The position numbers and the translations under genes are program-made. Positions 38,601-49,068 of a stretch of 57,735 nt of DNA are shown here, piece by piece. The notes under the pieces are model-generated. The model saw only the letters and a program-made list of their open reading frames with translations, was not told where the DNA came from and did not search any database. The stretch comes from an uncultured Acidobacteriaceae bacterium. Lineage in GTDB: Bacteria > Acidobacteriota > Terriglobia > Terriglobales > Acidobacteriaceae. Where the stretch lies: the NCBI GenBank assembly GCA_964250745.1, contig CAXUHL010000001.1, forward strand, positions 1-57,735, read 5' to 3'. The first letter of the stretch is position 1; every line of letters starts with the position of its first letter.

Positions 38601-38945
38601 CTGGTCGGAGGTGTGGTTGATGACCAGCTCCACCATGACCTGCATGTCGCGGTCGTGCGCGGCGTGGAGGAACCGCTTGAAGTCGTCCACCGTCCCGTAG
38701 CTCGGGTTCACCGACTTGTAGTCGGAGATGTCGTAGCCATCGTCGCGCAGGGGCGAGGGGAAAAACGGCAGCAGCCACAGGCAGGTGACGCCCAGGTCCT
38801 GGAGGTAGTCGAGCTTGGTGAGCAGGCCGGGAAAGTCGCCGATGCCGTCGTTGTTGGAGTCGGCGAAGGCCCGGACGTGCAGCTCGTAGATGATGGCGTC
38901 CTTGTACCAGAGTGGATCGGATACGCTGCCCTGCTGCCGCTTCAA
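35607..38945 (-). CDS. treS: Trehalose synthase-maltokinase fusion (TreS-Mak/Pep2)
   Basis: [32 protein letters not shown]; then [22 protein letters not shown]; TTG 38945 overlaps glgE TGA. Confidence 0.95.
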   Translation of the reverse strand: MKRQQGSVSDPLWYKDAIIYELHVRAFADSNNDGIGDFPGLLTKLDYLQDLGVTCLWLLPFFPSPLRDDGYDISDYKSVNPSYGTVDDFKRFLHAAHDRDMQVMVELVINHTSDQHPWFQAARLAAPGSPERERYVWSDSDRKYADARIIFTDTEKSNWTWDPVANAYYWHRFFSHQPDLNFDNPAVIEDVIDIMRFWLDMGVDGLRMDAIPYLIERDGTNCENLPETHVAIKQIRAAIDEGYDGRLILAEANQWPEDVRPYFGDGDECHMAFHFPLMPRIYMALRQEDRLPITDIMAQTPGIPENCQWGIFLRNHDELTLEMVSDEERDYMYLAYSADPRMRINIGIRRRLAPLLDNNRRRMELLNSLLFSFPGTPILYYGDEIGMGDNIYLGDRNGVRTPMQWSGDRNAGFSRASPAKLFSPVIMDPVWGYEAINVEGQQSDPSSLLNWMRNMISLRKLFPVFGRGTQRFLHPDNRKVLAYVREDENTTILCVANLSRFAQPVTLDLSEFEGMTPVEMLGYVEFPPITKAAYNVTLGSYGFFWLELQPSPDRAALDEAREDTAAAQISLRNDHDWESVFAGAGRLFEERLLPDYLPRQRWFGAKSRTIASVAVTDWGPLAASAEAAVALALVEVAYTEGAPEGYLLPLTLLFGEEAEALRAASPTAIVSNVLAPGQQGVLADAMYTEEAANALLDLLAHADELAMRNGILRGAPSSVFAALRGEAAVPPRRSSAEQSNTSVFFGDRLIMKLFRRVLHGPNPDVEIGRYLTENSAFGAVAPFGGSLEYDTAGKEPATVAMLQGLVENVGDGWQWTLDELGRFYEGRLAAQFPPDQLPRAGAAIDAKSPAMEQTRDAAGFYLEAACTLGRRTAEMHLALAQPTDDAAFAPEPMTLDDLRALEEDLHAHGSRAFDTLRASLGRLETASESTVEQAGLVLSRRRALLGAYGSLTRLGAGAMRTRVHGDYHLGQTLRSKGDFVLLDFEGEPARPLAERRAKQSPLKDVAGMLRSFSYAAGASLTAFTQRRPQDYDRLEPWARLWEAAVSAEFLESYRKTAADSPIVPRAEASFRQLLDVYLLDKALYELVYELNNRPAWVRIPLGGILQLSRGAA

Positions 38946-40984
38946 GCCTGCCTCCTGATTGTGAACAAGTGCCCCGGCTGCTCGGCCGGGTCGAGCGCGA
39001 CGTAGTTGCTGGGCCCGCGCCAGGTGTAGCGCGCGCCGGTCAGCAGGTCTTCGCAAGTGTATACGGAATCGTCGGTGAGGCCGAGCTGCCGGGTGTCGAG
39101 GTAAAGCCAGCCGGTCTGCCGGTTGAACGGGTCGAGATTCACGACCGTGAGGACCACGCTTTGATTATCGCGCGTCCGCTTGGACCAGGCGACGAGCTGC
39201 GGATTATCGACTTGGTGGAAGCGGAGCGACTGGTCGAAAGTTTGCAGCGCCGGATGCTCGCGCCGGGCCCGGTTGACCGTTGCGATGAGCTGCGCAATCG
39301 GGTTGTCGAGCGACAGCGGCCACTGCTTCATCTCGTACTTCTCCGAGTCCAGGTACTCCTCGCCGCCGGCCCGGAAAGGCGCGTCCACCAAGTTCTCGTA
39401 CACACCGCCGTAGATGCCGTAAGAGGGGTTCAGCGCGGCGGCGAGCAGGAAGCGCAGCGCGAACGAAGCCCGGCCGCCGGTCTGGAGGTTGAACGGGTTG
39501 ATGTCCGGCGTGTTCGGCCAGAAGTTGGGGCGGAAGTACTGCCACTGCTCGGTTTGCGTCAGCTCCGTCAGGTACTCCGTCAGTTCCTCGCGCGTCGTCC
39601 GCCAGCAAAAGTACGTGTAGGACTGCGAAAAGCCGAGCTTGGCCAGCTGCTCCATGACGCGCGGGCGGGTAAAGGCCTCGGCCAGGAACAGCGCGTCGGG
39701 GTACTGGCGCTTGACCTCGGCGATGCACCAGGCCCAAAACGCGAACGCCTTGGTGTGCGGGTTGTCGACGCGGAAGATGCGTACCCCGCGCGCGGCCCAG
39801 AACAGGAAAACCCCGGCCAGCGCGTCCCACAGCTTCTCCCAATCCTCGGTCTCGAAGTCGAGCGGGTAGATGTCCTGGTACTTTTTCGGCGGGTTCTCCG
39901 CGTACTGGATGGAACCGTCGGCCCGGTGCTTGAACCAGCTCGGGTGCTCGGTGACCCAGGGATGGTCGGGCGCGCACTGAAACGCGATGTCGAGCGCGAT
40001 CTCCAGACCACGCTCCTCGGCGGCCCGGCGCAGGCGGTCGAAGTCGTCGAAGGTCCCGAGCTCGCTCAGGATCGCGGTGTGGCCACCCTCCTTAGCCCCC
40101 ACCGCCCAGCAGGAACCCCAATCGCCCGGCCCGGCGGCCACGGCGTTGTTCTTGCCCTTGCGGTACTCGCGGCCGATGGGGTGGATGGGCGGGAAATACA
40201 GCACGTCGAAGCCGAGTGCCTGGAGGTAAGGCAGCTTCGCTTCGACATCGCGGAAGGTCCCGTGCGTCTGAATTCCGTTTTGGGCGTCCGGCCCCTGCGA
40301 CCGCGGGAACAGCTCGTACCAGGTGGAGAACCGGGCTTTTTGCCGGTCCACCTCGACCGACAGCACGCGCTCGTAGCGGGTTTCAAGCTCCTGGTCCGGA
40401 AACCGCCGGGCCTGCTCCACCAGCTCCGGCGCGAGACCCGGGGCGGCCAGGGCGGCGCGCTCGGCCCCGGCCTGGCCGGACTTCTCAAGCGCCGCTAGCG
40501 TATCTCCGTTCTTGCGCAGCAGCCGCGCGGCCTTGCGCAGCTCCCTGGCGTCATTGCCGCGGGCCCGCAGGGACGCCTGTTCCACCAGCAAACTGCCGGT
40601 CTGGAGTTCGAGCCCCACATCCTGGCCGGCCTTCAGCTTTTTCGCGAGGCCGTCCTGCCAGGTATCGATGTGGTCGATGCTCGCGGCCAGGGTGTACTCG
40701 TAGCGGCCCGGCCCGCCGACGTGAAACTGCCCCCTAAAACGGTCGTTGCCGAGCGGCTCCATGGGCACGGCGGTCCAGCTCTTCTCACCCTGCGCCCGGT
40801 GCAGCAGGCGGGCTTCCACGTGGTCGTGGCCGTCGCCGAACACATCGGCCTCGACCGACACCACATCGCCCTCGACGCGCTTGGCGGGAAAACGCCCCGC
40901 GTCGATCTCCGGCTTGACGTGCTCGATGACGACCCGCTTCCGGCCCTCGTCCGGTTTGGGCAGCGCGCGTTTCCCCTGCGGCAT
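38942..40984 (-). CDS. glgE: Alpha-1,4-glucan:maltose-1-phosphate maltosyltransferase
   Basis: [49 protein letters not shown]. Confidence 0.96.
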   Translation of the reverse strand: MPQGKRALPKPDEGRKRVVIEHVKPEIDAGRFPAKRVEGDVVSVEADVFGDGHDHVEARLLHRAQGEKSWTAVPMEPLGNDRFRGQFHVGGPGRYEYTLAASIDHIDTWQDGLAKKLKAGQDVGLELQTGSLLVEQASLRARGNDARELRKAARLLRKNGDTLAALEKSGQAGAERAALAAPGLAPELVEQARRFPDQELETRYERVLSVEVDRQKARFSTWYELFPRSQGPDAQNGIQTHGTFRDVEAKLPYLQALGFDVLYFPPIHPIGREYRKGKNNAVAAGPGDWGSCWAVGAKEGGHTAILSELGTFDDFDRLRRAAEERGLEIALDIAFQCAPDHPWVTEHPSWFKHRADGSIQYAENPPKKYQDIYPLDFETEDWEKLWDALAGVFLFWAARGVRIFRVDNPHTKAFAFWAWCIAEVKRQYPDALFLAEAFTRPRVMEQLAKLGFSQSYTYFCWRTTREELTEYLTELTQTEQWQYFRPNFWPNTPDINPFNLQTGGRASFALRFLLAAALNPSYGIYGGVYENLVDAPFRAGGEEYLDSEKYEMKQWPLSLDNPIAQLIATVNRARREHPALQTFDQSLRFHQVDNPQLVAWSKRTRDNQSVVLTVVNLDPFNRQTGWLYLDTRQLGLTDDSVYTCEDLLTGARYTWRGPSNYVALDPAEQPGHLFTIRRQA

Positions 40985-41067
40985 TCACCACTCCCCGCGT
41001 CCGGGCTCACTGCCGGGCGCAAGCAAAGGAGATGGCGGGGAGCGCCGGGCGGTTGTCAGCCCCGCCA

Positions 41068-41176
41068 GGGCAGTTCCCTGAAGGTGAGGAGGGCTGAGCC
41101 GCTGTGAACGTGGCTTTTCCTGCGGGAAAAGCCACATGGAGGTACATTCGGCACTGCCACGTATCGGGAAACTGCT
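41068..41176. repeat. ~110-bp MITE-like palindromic element, copy 2
   Basis: Ends GGGCAGTTCCC / GGGAAACTGCT; perfect 11-bp central stem GTGGCTTTTCC / GGAAAAGCCAC (41110-41135). Confidence 0.7.
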
Positions 41177-42550
41177 TCAGTCGCGGAACTTGAACAGCAC
41201 GCTGTTGAGCGACTCCGCCCAGGTGGGGTGCGCGAAGCAGGCGTCGCGCAGGGCGGTATAGGGGAGCTTGCCCATCATGGCGATCTGCAGCATCGCCGCC
41301 AGTTCCCCGCCCTCGCTCGCCAGCATCGCCGCTCCCAGGATCTCGTCCGTGCCCCGCTCGACGATGACCTTGAGCATGCCCCGGTCGTCGCCCACCTCGT
41401 ACGCCCGGGCGATGGTGACGGCGGCCATCGTCGCGACACGGATGTCTCGTCCCGCTTCACGCGCTTCGCTCTCCGTCATGCCGATCCGGCCCAGCTCGGG
41501 GTCGGTGAAGACGGTGTACGTCACCGGGCGGTCCCGGACGGTCCGGCTGCCGCCCCCGAGCAGGTTCGCGGCCAGGATGCGGTAGTCGTCGTAGGAGACG
41601 TGGGTGAAGGCAGGGCCGCCCTTGACGTCGCCGAGCGCGTAGATGGTGGGCGCGGCGGTTTCCAGCCGCTCGTTGACCGGGATGAAGCCGTGCTCGTCCG
41701 CCTTCAGCCCGGCTTTGTCGAGCCGCAGCTCTTCGGTGTTCGGCGTGCGCCCGGCGGCCAGCAGAAGGTGCGAGCCGGTGAGCGTGCGGCCGCCCTCGAG
41801 CGCCAGCTCCACGCCCCCCTCCACCGCCCGGGCGCCCGCCGCTTTCCCCCCGAGCACGAGCTCGATGCCGTCCTCGCGAAAGATCGTCTCGAGACAGCCG
41901 GCGATGTCCGGGTCTTCACGCGGCAGCAGCTGCTTTGCGCTCGTCGCGACGGTCACCCGCGCGCCGAAGCGCCGGAACATCTGCGCGAACTCGACCGCGA
42001 TGTAGCTGCCGCCCAGGATCAAAAGGTGCTCAGGGACACGGTCGAGCTCCATCACGGTTTCGTTGGTCAGGTAGGGCGCTGCTTCCATGCCGGGCGGCAC
42101 GGTGGTACGCAGGCCGGTGTTGATGAAGACCAGTTTCGCCTGGAAGGTCCGCGTCCCGCCATCGTTCAACGCGACCTCGACCGTGCGCTCGCCGGTGAAG
42201 CGCCCAAAGCCGCGCACCAGCTCCAGGTTGTCCTTGCCGGCGTAGCGTTTCTCGCTGCCCTCGTGGGACTTCCCGACGATCTCGCGCTTGCGCTCCCGCA
42301 CCTGGGCCATGTCGGTGATCACCGGGCCGGTCACGCGTACGCCGAACCGGGCCGCATCGGTGACTTTCGCCGCGACCTGCGCGCTGCCGATCATCGTCTT
42401 GGTCGGGGTACAGCCGTAGTTGACGCAAGTGCCGCCGATCAGCCTGCTTTCGACCATGACTGTTGTGCGGCCGTCCGCGGCGAGTGCCGTCGCCAGCGGG
42501 TTGCCGCCCTGCCCGGAGCCCAGAATGAGTGCGTCAACCTGTTCCACCAT
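41177..42550 (-). CDS. Pyridine nucleotide-disulfide oxidoreductase (class I flavoprotein)
   Basis: LGSGQGG, GGTCVNYGCTPTK, YALGDV, FAHPTWAE; no C-terminal Cys-Cys. Confidence 0.9.
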   Translation of the reverse strand: MVEQVDALILGSGQGGNPLATALAADGRTTVMVESRLIGGTCVNYGCTPTKTMIGSAQVAAKVTDAARFGVRVTGPVITDMAQVRERKREIVGKSHEGSEKRYAGKDNLELVRGFGRFTGERTVEVALNDGGTRTFQAKLVFINTGLRTTVPPGMEAAPYLTNETVMELDRVPEHLLILGGSYIAVEFAQMFRRFGARVTVATSAKQLLPREDPDIAGCLETIFREDGIELVLGGKAAGARAVEGGVELALEGGRTLTGSHLLLAAGRTPNTEELRLDKAGLKADEHGFIPVNERLETAAPTIYALGDVKGGPAFTHVSYDDYRILAANLLGGGSRTVRDRPVTYTVFTDPELGRIGMTESEAREAGRDIRVATMAAVTIARAYEVGDDRGMLKVIVERGTDEILGAAMLASEGGELAAMLQIAMMGKLPYTALRDACFAHPTWAESLNSVLFKFRD

Positions 42551-42564
42551 GCTTGTCCTTTCTG

Positions 42565-43038
42565 TCAGAAGCGGGAAGCGAGCAGGAACGAACCGCCGAT
42601 CGCGAGCGCGTCTTCCGCGAGCGCCACGGGCAAATCCGGCAGCCCGGCCCCTTTGGTCAACGCCCGCCGCGCGTGGAAGCCGGCGAAGGCACCGGCGATC
42701 GCGGCCGCGCCACCCAGCAGCCCCCACCACACGGGCTTGCCCGCGACCGAGGCGAGCGCCGCACCCACACCGGTCCCGAAAGCGAACCTGCCCAGCAGCG
42801 GGACGAGGTCGGTACGAGGCGGAGTTCTCGGCAGCTTGTCGCCGATGAGCTCCCCGGCCGCAAGCGCCGTGAACACGCCCAGCGAAACGGGATGAGTCAG
42901 GAACTTGAAGGACGTTTGCCCCAGCGGCAGCCAGCCGAGGCGCGCGCCCCAGCACAGCACGGCCACGGGCGTCAGGGTGCGGAGGCCGTTGAGAAAACCG
43001 ATCCCGAGAATGGAGGAAGCGAACGCGGCAAGTGGCAT
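42565..43038 (-). CDS. DUF4126-like membrane protein
   Basis: GFLNGLRTLTP, GELIGDKLPRTPPRT, VALAEDALA. Confidence 0.8.
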   Translation of the reverse strand: MPLAAFASSILGIGFLNGLRTLTPVAVLCWGARLGWLPLGQTSFKFLTHPVSLGVFTALAAGELIGDKLPRTPPRTDLVPLLGRFAFGTGVGAALASVAGKPVWWGLLGGAAAIAGAFAGFHARRALTKGAGLPDLPVALAEDALAIGGSFLLASRF

Positions 43039-43094
43039 ATCCACTCTGGGATGCGCGCTGGTCTTTCGGGAGGGACCGACGTTACCGAAGTGCC

Positions 43095-43122
43095 TTGACG
43101 GCGGGAAAACCCCTGCTATCGT
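43095..43122 (+). promoter_or_regulatory. sigma70-like promoter of the small ORF
   Basis: TTGACG-N16-TATCGT with extended -10 TG at 43114-43115. Confidence 0.6.
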
Positions 43123-43254
43123 CGCTGGAGCGCTTGTCTGTTTTGCCACAAGGACTGCCGACGGGGACTGAAGCCTGGTACCGATGTTGCCCTGAAAAGC
43201 AACCGGCCCCGGGACCAAACCGGGGCCGTACTTTACGGACAAGGAGGAAAGAGG

Positions 43255-43338
43255 ATGCTAGTACGTATGCGCCTCAACCTTATGGTCCAGCTTCGGTTTC
43301 GCTGGATCGCCGCTCTTCTCGCCTGGCTGAACGGCTAA
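43255..43338 (+). CDS. 27-aa cationic/hydrophobic peptide, candidate type I toxin (MLVRMRLNLMVQLRFRWIAALLAWLNG)
   Basis: AAGGAGG at 43241-43247, 7 nt before ATG; upstream promoter; downstream hairpin; below the ORF-track size cutoff. Confidence 0.6.
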   Translation: MLVRMRLNLMVQLRFRWIAALLAWLNG

Positions 43339-43357
43339 GGAGAGTCGAGCCTCAACC

Positions 43358-43395
43358 GGAACTCATCCGCGTGGCAACGGGTGGGTTCCACTTGT
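43358..43395 (+). terminator. Stem-loop after the small ORF, possible terminator
   Basis: GGAACTCATCCG / CGGGTGGGTTCC, 12 bp with two G-U pairs that favour the + strand; weak U tail. Confidence 0.5.
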
Positions 43396-43396
43396 A

Positions 43397-43425
43397 GAGA
43401 TACGCGCGCGCCGCAGCCTTGTCAA
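43397..43425 (-). promoter_or_regulatory. Convergent antisense promoter, candidate antitoxin RNA
   Basis: Minus strand TTGACA-N17-TATCTC pointing into the small ORF. Confidence 0.5.
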
Positions 43426-43501
43426 GAGAAGTGTCCCGCTTTAGACCTATTGGGCCGTCGTCGCTCTCTCCAGCCATGGAACGACCTACTTCCCGTGGCA
43501 A

Positions 43502-44488
<987 letters not shown>

Positions 44489-44510
44489 GGTCTTCAGTTT
44501 AAAGGACAGC

Positions 44511-44768
44511 TTATTGATACTTGGGGAAGTCGTCCGCTTCAGAATAATTGCCGACCATCTGCACGAAAACCCGCTCGGCGGTTTGCGCGTCGTCGAGCGC
44601 CTGCTCGACCAGGTCGGGCGCGCCGCCCTCGCGGCGCAGCCATTCGGAGGCTTCCTCCCGGTTCGGTGCCTCGTGAACGGCGACCTCCCGATGGTAGTTG
44701 GAGCCTTCCTGCTCGGAGATGAGGTAGCCTTCGCCTTGTTTCTTGATCTCGAAGTTGCGCAGTGCCAT
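44511..44768 (-). CDS. Hypothetical protein (85 aa)
   Basis: GGAG RBS before ATG 44768; fills intergenic gap. Confidence 0.65.
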   Translation of the reverse strand: MALRNFEIKKQGEGYLISEQEGSNYHREVAVHEAPNREEASEWLRREGGAPDLVEQALDDAQTAERVFVQMVGNYSEADDFPKYQ

Positions 44769-44818
44769 GTGTGTTTCTCCCGAGCAGGTGAGATGCGGTG
44801 GGAACAAGGATTTAGGAG

Positions 44819-45910
44819 TTAAGACTTAGAAGTTAACAGGCTTGCGGCGGCCTCGGCCGCATGCTCGCACCCGGCCCGGTCCACGTCCTTGTGCGTCACG
44901 AACCGTACCGCGTGCGGCCCCACCGCGCCGGCCAGAACCCCGCGCGCCTTGAGCGCACCGACCATCGCGCCCGCGTCGCCGCCGCCCCGCAGCTTGAAGA
45001 TGACGATGTTGGTCTGCACCAGGTTCAGGTCCAGGTCGACCCCCGGCAGCGCGGCCAATCGCTCGGCCAGCAGACGGGCGTTCGCGTGGTCCTCATGGAG
45101 ACGCGCCGGCATCTCGTCGAGCGCGATCAGACCGGCCGCCGCCAGGATGCCGGCCTGCCGCATGCCGCCGCCGAGCGCCTTACGGACCGAGCGGGCCCGC
45201 TCGATGAACTCCGCCGAGCCGAGCAGCATGGACCCCACCGGCGCGCACAAGCCTTTCGACAGGCAGAACATCACCGAATCAAAGCCGCTGGTCAGCTCCC
45301 GCACGGAGATGCCGAGGTACTCCGCCGCGTGAAAAATGCGCGCGCCGTCCAGGTGCACCGGCAGGCCGGCCTCGCGCGCTCCGGCCCAGATCTCCTCGAA
45401 GACCGCGAGCGGGCTGACGATGCCGCCGGCCATGTTGTGCGTGTTCTCGAGCGAGATGAGCCCCGGCTGCTGGCGGTAGTAGATCTTCGGACCGATGAGG
45501 CCCTTGATGTGCTCCCATCGGAAGACGCCGTCCGCGGCGTGGGCGGTGCGCAGCTGGCAGCCGGAGAACGCCGAGGTCATCGCCATCTCCCAGTCCACCA
45601 GGTGGGCCCGCGCCTCACACAGCACCTCCTGCCCATGCCGGGTGTGCAGGCTGATGGCGATCTGGTTGCCCATGGTGCCGGTCGGAACAAACAGCGCCGC
45701 CTCGCGGCCGAACAGCGCGGCGGAGCGGGCTTCGAGCGCGTTCACCGTCGGGTCTTCGCCGTATACGTCGTCGCCCACCTCAGCCTGGGCCATGGCGGCG
45801 CGCATGCGCTCGGTCGGGCGGGTCACGGTGTCCGACCTGAGGTCGACGGTAGTGACGGGGGCTTGCTTCTGCGGAAGAACGACGGGCGCGAAAAGGGTCT
45901 CGGTGGCCAT
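44819..45910 (-). CDS. ltaE: Low-specificity L-threonine aldolase
   Basis: [51 protein letters not shown]. Confidence 0.93.
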   Translation of the reverse strand: MATETLFAPVVLPQKQAPVTTVDLRSDTVTRPTERMRAAMAQAEVGDDVYGEDPTVNALEARSAALFGREAALFVPTGTMGNQIAISLHTRHGQEVLCEARAHLVDWEMAMTSAFSGCQLRTAHAADGVFRWEHIKGLIGPKIYYRQQPGLISLENTHNMAGGIVSPLAVFEEIWAGAREAGLPVHLDGARIFHAAEYLGISVRELTSGFDSVMFCLSKGLCAPVGSMLLGSAEFIERARSVRKALGGGMRQAGILAAAGLIALDEMPARLHEDHANARLLAERLAALPGVDLDLNLVQTNIVIFKLRGGGDAGAMVGALKARGVLAGAVGPHAVRFVTHKDVDRAGCEHAAEAAASLLTSKS

Positions 45911-45921
45911 GGATGCTTCCA

Positions 45922-47109
45922 TTATCCACACACGGCGGCGGGGGCGAGCAGCGCGGCGAATACGTCGTTCGAGAGCAGACGGCCGCGCGCGGTCAGCGCC
46001 GCAGTGTCCCCGTCGAACCGCAAAAGTCCGTCCTCCCGGAGCCCGTCGAGCGCGGGACGGTACCCCGCGACCGCCGTCGCCCCGAACTCTCGCGTCAATG
46101 CCGCGAGCGAAACCCCATCGTTGCGGCGCAGGCCCAGGAACCAGCTCTCCTCCAGCTCGGCCGCGCGGGTAAGCCGGTCCGGCTCCCCGAAGACCGGAGC
46201 GTCCAGAAAGCCCTGCAATCCGTCACCCACCGCGAACCGGGCCGCTCGGCCGTCGCCGTCGCGCAGCATGGAGTGCGCGTCCACCCCCAGCCCGAGATAC
46301 GGCGCGCGCAGCCAGTACCGTTCGTTGTGGCGCGAACGCCCGCCTTCACGCGCGAAGTTGGAAATTTCATATTGCTCAAGTCCTTGCGCCCCCAGCGTAT
46401 CGCAGGCTTGCGAGTACCAGTCCGCCACGGCGTCCTCGTGCGGCAGCAGCCCGGCCCCAAACCGCGCCCCGCCCCGCAGCGCCTCCGCGCCGAGCCGCGA
46501 GTCCTCGTCGCACTCGAACATATAAACGGAAGCGTGGTCGAGCGGAGCTTCCGCAAGCCGCGCGACCGAGTAGCTCCAGCTCGCGCCGGTTTGCCCGGGC
46601 AGCCCGGCGATCAGGTCGGCCGAAACGTGCGCGACCCCCGCCGCGCGCACCCTCGCGATCTCCGCCAGCGCCTCGGCCCCGGAGTGGGTCCGGGCGGTCG
46701 CCCGCGCCTCGCCGTCCACGAAGGACTGCACGCCGAAGGAAACACGGTTTACGCCATGAGCTCGAGCCTCTTCTAAAGTCGCCGGTTCCAGCTGCAGCGG
46801 CGCAGCCTCAAGCGTGATCTCCGCGTTCGGGGCCATGTCGAACTCATCCCCGATCGCTTTGAAGAGCGCGCGCACGAGCTCCGGCGGCAGCAGCGAGGGC
46901 GTCCCGCCGCCCAGGTAGACGGTGTCCACCGCTTGCGGCAGCACCAAACCCCGCGCCTCCGCCCAGCCCCGCGCCGCGCGCAGCTGGCGGACCACGGCCG
47001 CGACATAGGCAGGCATCGCCGACGCGGGATACACCCCGGAAGCAAAGTTGCAGAACGTACACTTCGCCCGGCAAAACGGAACGGAGATGTAAATGCCGAG
47101 CGGGTCCAT
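45922..47109 (-). CDS. hemW: Radical SAM heme chaperone HemW
   Basis: [32 protein letters not shown] (HNxxYW). Confidence 0.88.
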   Translation of the reverse strand: MDPLGIYISVPFCRAKCTFCNFASGVYPASAMPAYVAAVVRQLRAARGWAEARGLVLPQAVDTVYLGGGTPSLLPPELVRALFKAIGDEFDMAPNAEITLEAAPLQLEPATLEEARAHGVNRVSFGVQSFVDGEARATARTHSGAEALAEIARVRAAGVAHVSADLIAGLPGQTGASWSYSVARLAEAPLDHASVYMFECDEDSRLGAEALRGGARFGAGLLPHEDAVADWYSQACDTLGAQGLEQYEISNFAREGGRSRHNERYWLRAPYLGLGVDAHSMLRDGDGRAARFAVGDGLQGFLDAPVFGEPDRLTRAAELEESWFLGLRRNDGVSLAALTREFGATAVAGYRPALDGLREDGLLRFDGDTAALTARGRLLSNDVFAALLAPAAVCG

Positions 47110-47144
47110 AGCTCCATTCTCGCAGCCCGGTAGAATTGCATCTG

Positions 47145-49067
47145 ATGGCCGAAGCCGCCCAGCAGCAAGATGACGACGTAGTCGGTAAGGCGTATGACGG
47201 ACGCCTGATGCGGCGTCTGCTCACCTACCTGCGCCCGTACAAGCTCATCGCGGCCGTGTCGCTGGTCGCGATCCTGCTCAAGGCGGCTATCGACGTGCTG
47301 GGGCCGTATCTGTTCAAGGTCGCGCTCGACCTCTACCTCACTCCGCAAGCCCCCGGCGCGAAGCACACTTACTTTTCGCGCCACCTGAGCGCGCGCGCCG
47401 CCACCGGCGTCACGGAGCTCGCCGGGGTCTACCTGGGCTCGCTCGCGCTCGGCTACGCGCTCGAGTTCATGCAGACTTACGTACTGCAGTGGATGGGCCA
47501 AAAGGTCATGTTCGACATGCGCCGCGAGATCTTCTCGCACATGCAGCGCATGCACATCGGCTTCTTCGACCGCAACCCGGTGGGCCGGCTGGTGACCCGG
47601 CTCACCAGCGACGTGGACGCGCTGAACGAAATGTTCACCTCCGGCATCTTCGCGATCTTCGAGGACGTGTTCGTGCTGATCGGCATCGTCGCGGTGATGC
47701 TCTCGATGAGCTGGTGGCTCGCGTTGATCACCTTCGCCGTGCTGCCGCTGATCCTGCTCATCACGCGCATCTTCCGTAAATACGTCCGCGAGTCGTACCG
47801 GAGGATCCGCGCGGCGGTCGCGAAGATCAACGCCTACACGCAGGAGCACGTGAGCGGCATGCCGCTGGTGCAGCTATTCAACCGGCAGCAGCGGGCCTTC
47901 GACGATTTTTCCGCCATCAACGACCTCCATAAGCAGGCGTTCAAGGATTCGATCCTGGCCTATGCGCTCTACTATCCGGGCGTCGAGCTCTTGAGCACCA
48001 TCGCGATCGCGCTGGTGATCTGGCTGGGCGGCGAGGGCGTTCTGCGCGGAGCGGTTTCGATCGGCGTGCTGGTCGCCTTCATCCAGTACTCGCAGCGATT
48101 CTTCCGGCCCATTCAGGACCTGAGCGAAAAGTACAACATCCTGCAGGCGGCCATGGCGGCCAGCGAGCGCGTCTTCAAGCTGCTCGACACGGAGCCGGAG
48201 GTCGGCTCGCCGGCCCTCGCGATAAAAGTGGAAAAGACCGGCCAGGTCGAGTTCAAGGACGTCTGGTTCACCTACGGCAAGCTGACGCCGGAGCAGGAAA
48301 CCCAGGACCCGGCGGCGGTCGAAGGCGTGGAGTGGGTACTGCGCGGGGTCTCCTTCTCGATCGCGAAGGGGGAAACGGCGGCGATCGTGGGCCACACCGG
48401 CGCGGGCAAGACCACCATCATCAGCCTGATGATGCGCTTCTACGACGTGCAGCATGGAGCGGTGCTGATCGACGGGGTGGACGTGCGCGCGCAGGACCTG
48501 CACAGCCTCAGGTCGCGCTTCGGCGTCGTCCTGCAAGACCCGTTCCTGTTCTCGGGGACCATCGAATCGAACATTCGCATGGGCTCGCCGATCACCCCGG
48601 AGCGGGTGCGTCGGGCGGCCGAGGAGGTCAACCTGCTCGACTACATCGAGGCGCAGCCCTCGGGTTTCCAGGAGCTGCTGCGCGAGCGCGGCGCCGGGCT
48701 TTCCACGGGGCAAAAGCAACTGATCAACTTCGCCCGGGCGCTGGCGCACGACCCCGCGATCCTGATTCTGGATGAGGCGACTTCGTCCGTCGACACGGAT
48801 ACGGAGCTGCGGGTGCGGAGCGCGCTGGAGCGCATGGTCGCCGGCCGGACCTCGGTCCTGATCGCGCACCGGCTTTCGACCGTGCAGCGGGCCGACACCA
48901 TTCTGGTGATGCACAAGGGCCGCCTGCGCGAACAGGGGTCGCATCAGCAGTTATTGGCCGAGCGCGGGCTTTACTACAAGCTGTACCAGCTGCAGTACCG
49001 CGACCAGGAAGCCGGGGTGCCCTCGACGGAGCGATTCTCACCCGCGCTGGCGCTCGGGACCGACTAG
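47145..49067 (+). CDS. ABC exporter, fused permease and ATPase (MsbA/MdlB-like)
   Basis: TM domain; GHTGAGKT, LSTGQKQ, ILILDEATS, IAHRLST. Confidence 0.93.
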   Translation: MAEAAQQQDDDVVGKAYDGRLMRRLLTYLRPYKLIAAVSLVAILLKAAIDVLGPYLFKVALDLYLTPQAPGAKHTYFSRHLSARAATGVTELAGVYLGSLALGYALEFMQTYVLQWMGQKVMFDMRREIFSHMQRMHIGFFDRNPVGRLVTRLTSDVDALNEMFTSGIFAIFEDVFVLIGIVAVMLSMSWWLALITFAVLPLILLITRIFRKYVRESYRRIRAAVAKINAYTQEHVSGMPLVQLFNRQQRAFDDFSAINDLHKQAFKDSILAYALYYPGVELLSTIAIALVIWLGGEGVLRGAVSIGVLVAFIQYSQRFFRPIQDLSEKYNILQAAMAASERVFKLLDTEPEVGSPALAIKVEKTGQVEFKDVWFTYGKLTPEQETQDPAAVEGVEWVLRGVSFSIAKGETAAIVGHTGAGKTTIISLMMRFYDVQHGAVLIDGVDVRAQDLHSLRSRFGVVLQDPFLFSGTIESNIRMGSPITPERVRRAAEEVNLLDYIEAQPSGFQELLRERGAGLSTGQKQLINFARALAHDPAILILDEATSSVDTDTELRVRSALERMVAGRTSVLIAHRLSTVQRADTILVMHKGRLREQGSHQQLLAERGLYYKLYQLQYRDQEAGVPSTERFSPALALGTD

Positions 49068-49068
49068 C

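Noticed and set aside
35607-38945. TreS-maltokinase fusion as a novelty
   Set aside because: A well-known, widespread fusion in GlgE-pathway bacteria
35466-39005. 1179-aa plus-strand ORF and other long antisense or alternate-frame ORFs (e.g. 1843-4524, 6415-8670, 9186-11312, 30185-32863, 55415-57277)
   Set aside because: Shadow frames of well-supported genes in high-GC DNA; Arg/Gly/Ala-rich with no recognisable motifs
41177-42550. Mercuric reductase MerA
   Set aside because: No C-terminal Cys-Cys, no NmerA domain, has HPTxxE, and no merR/T/P nearby
43241-43254. RNase P RNA (GAGGAAAG resemblance), tmRNA or SRP RNA
   Set aside because: Not followed by TCC and no matching 3' P4 strand; no tRNA-like ends or SRP loop seen; better read as an RBS. 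An Rfam search is still needed
43032-43397. 121-aa plus-strand ORF in the track
   Set aside because: No RBS, overlaps the DUF4126 start and runs through the promoter; the 27-aa ORF in another frame has the strong RBS
45922-47109. HemN coproporphyrinogen dehydrogenase
   Set aside because: Lacks the HemN N-terminal PRYTSYP extension and has the HemW HNxxYW motif
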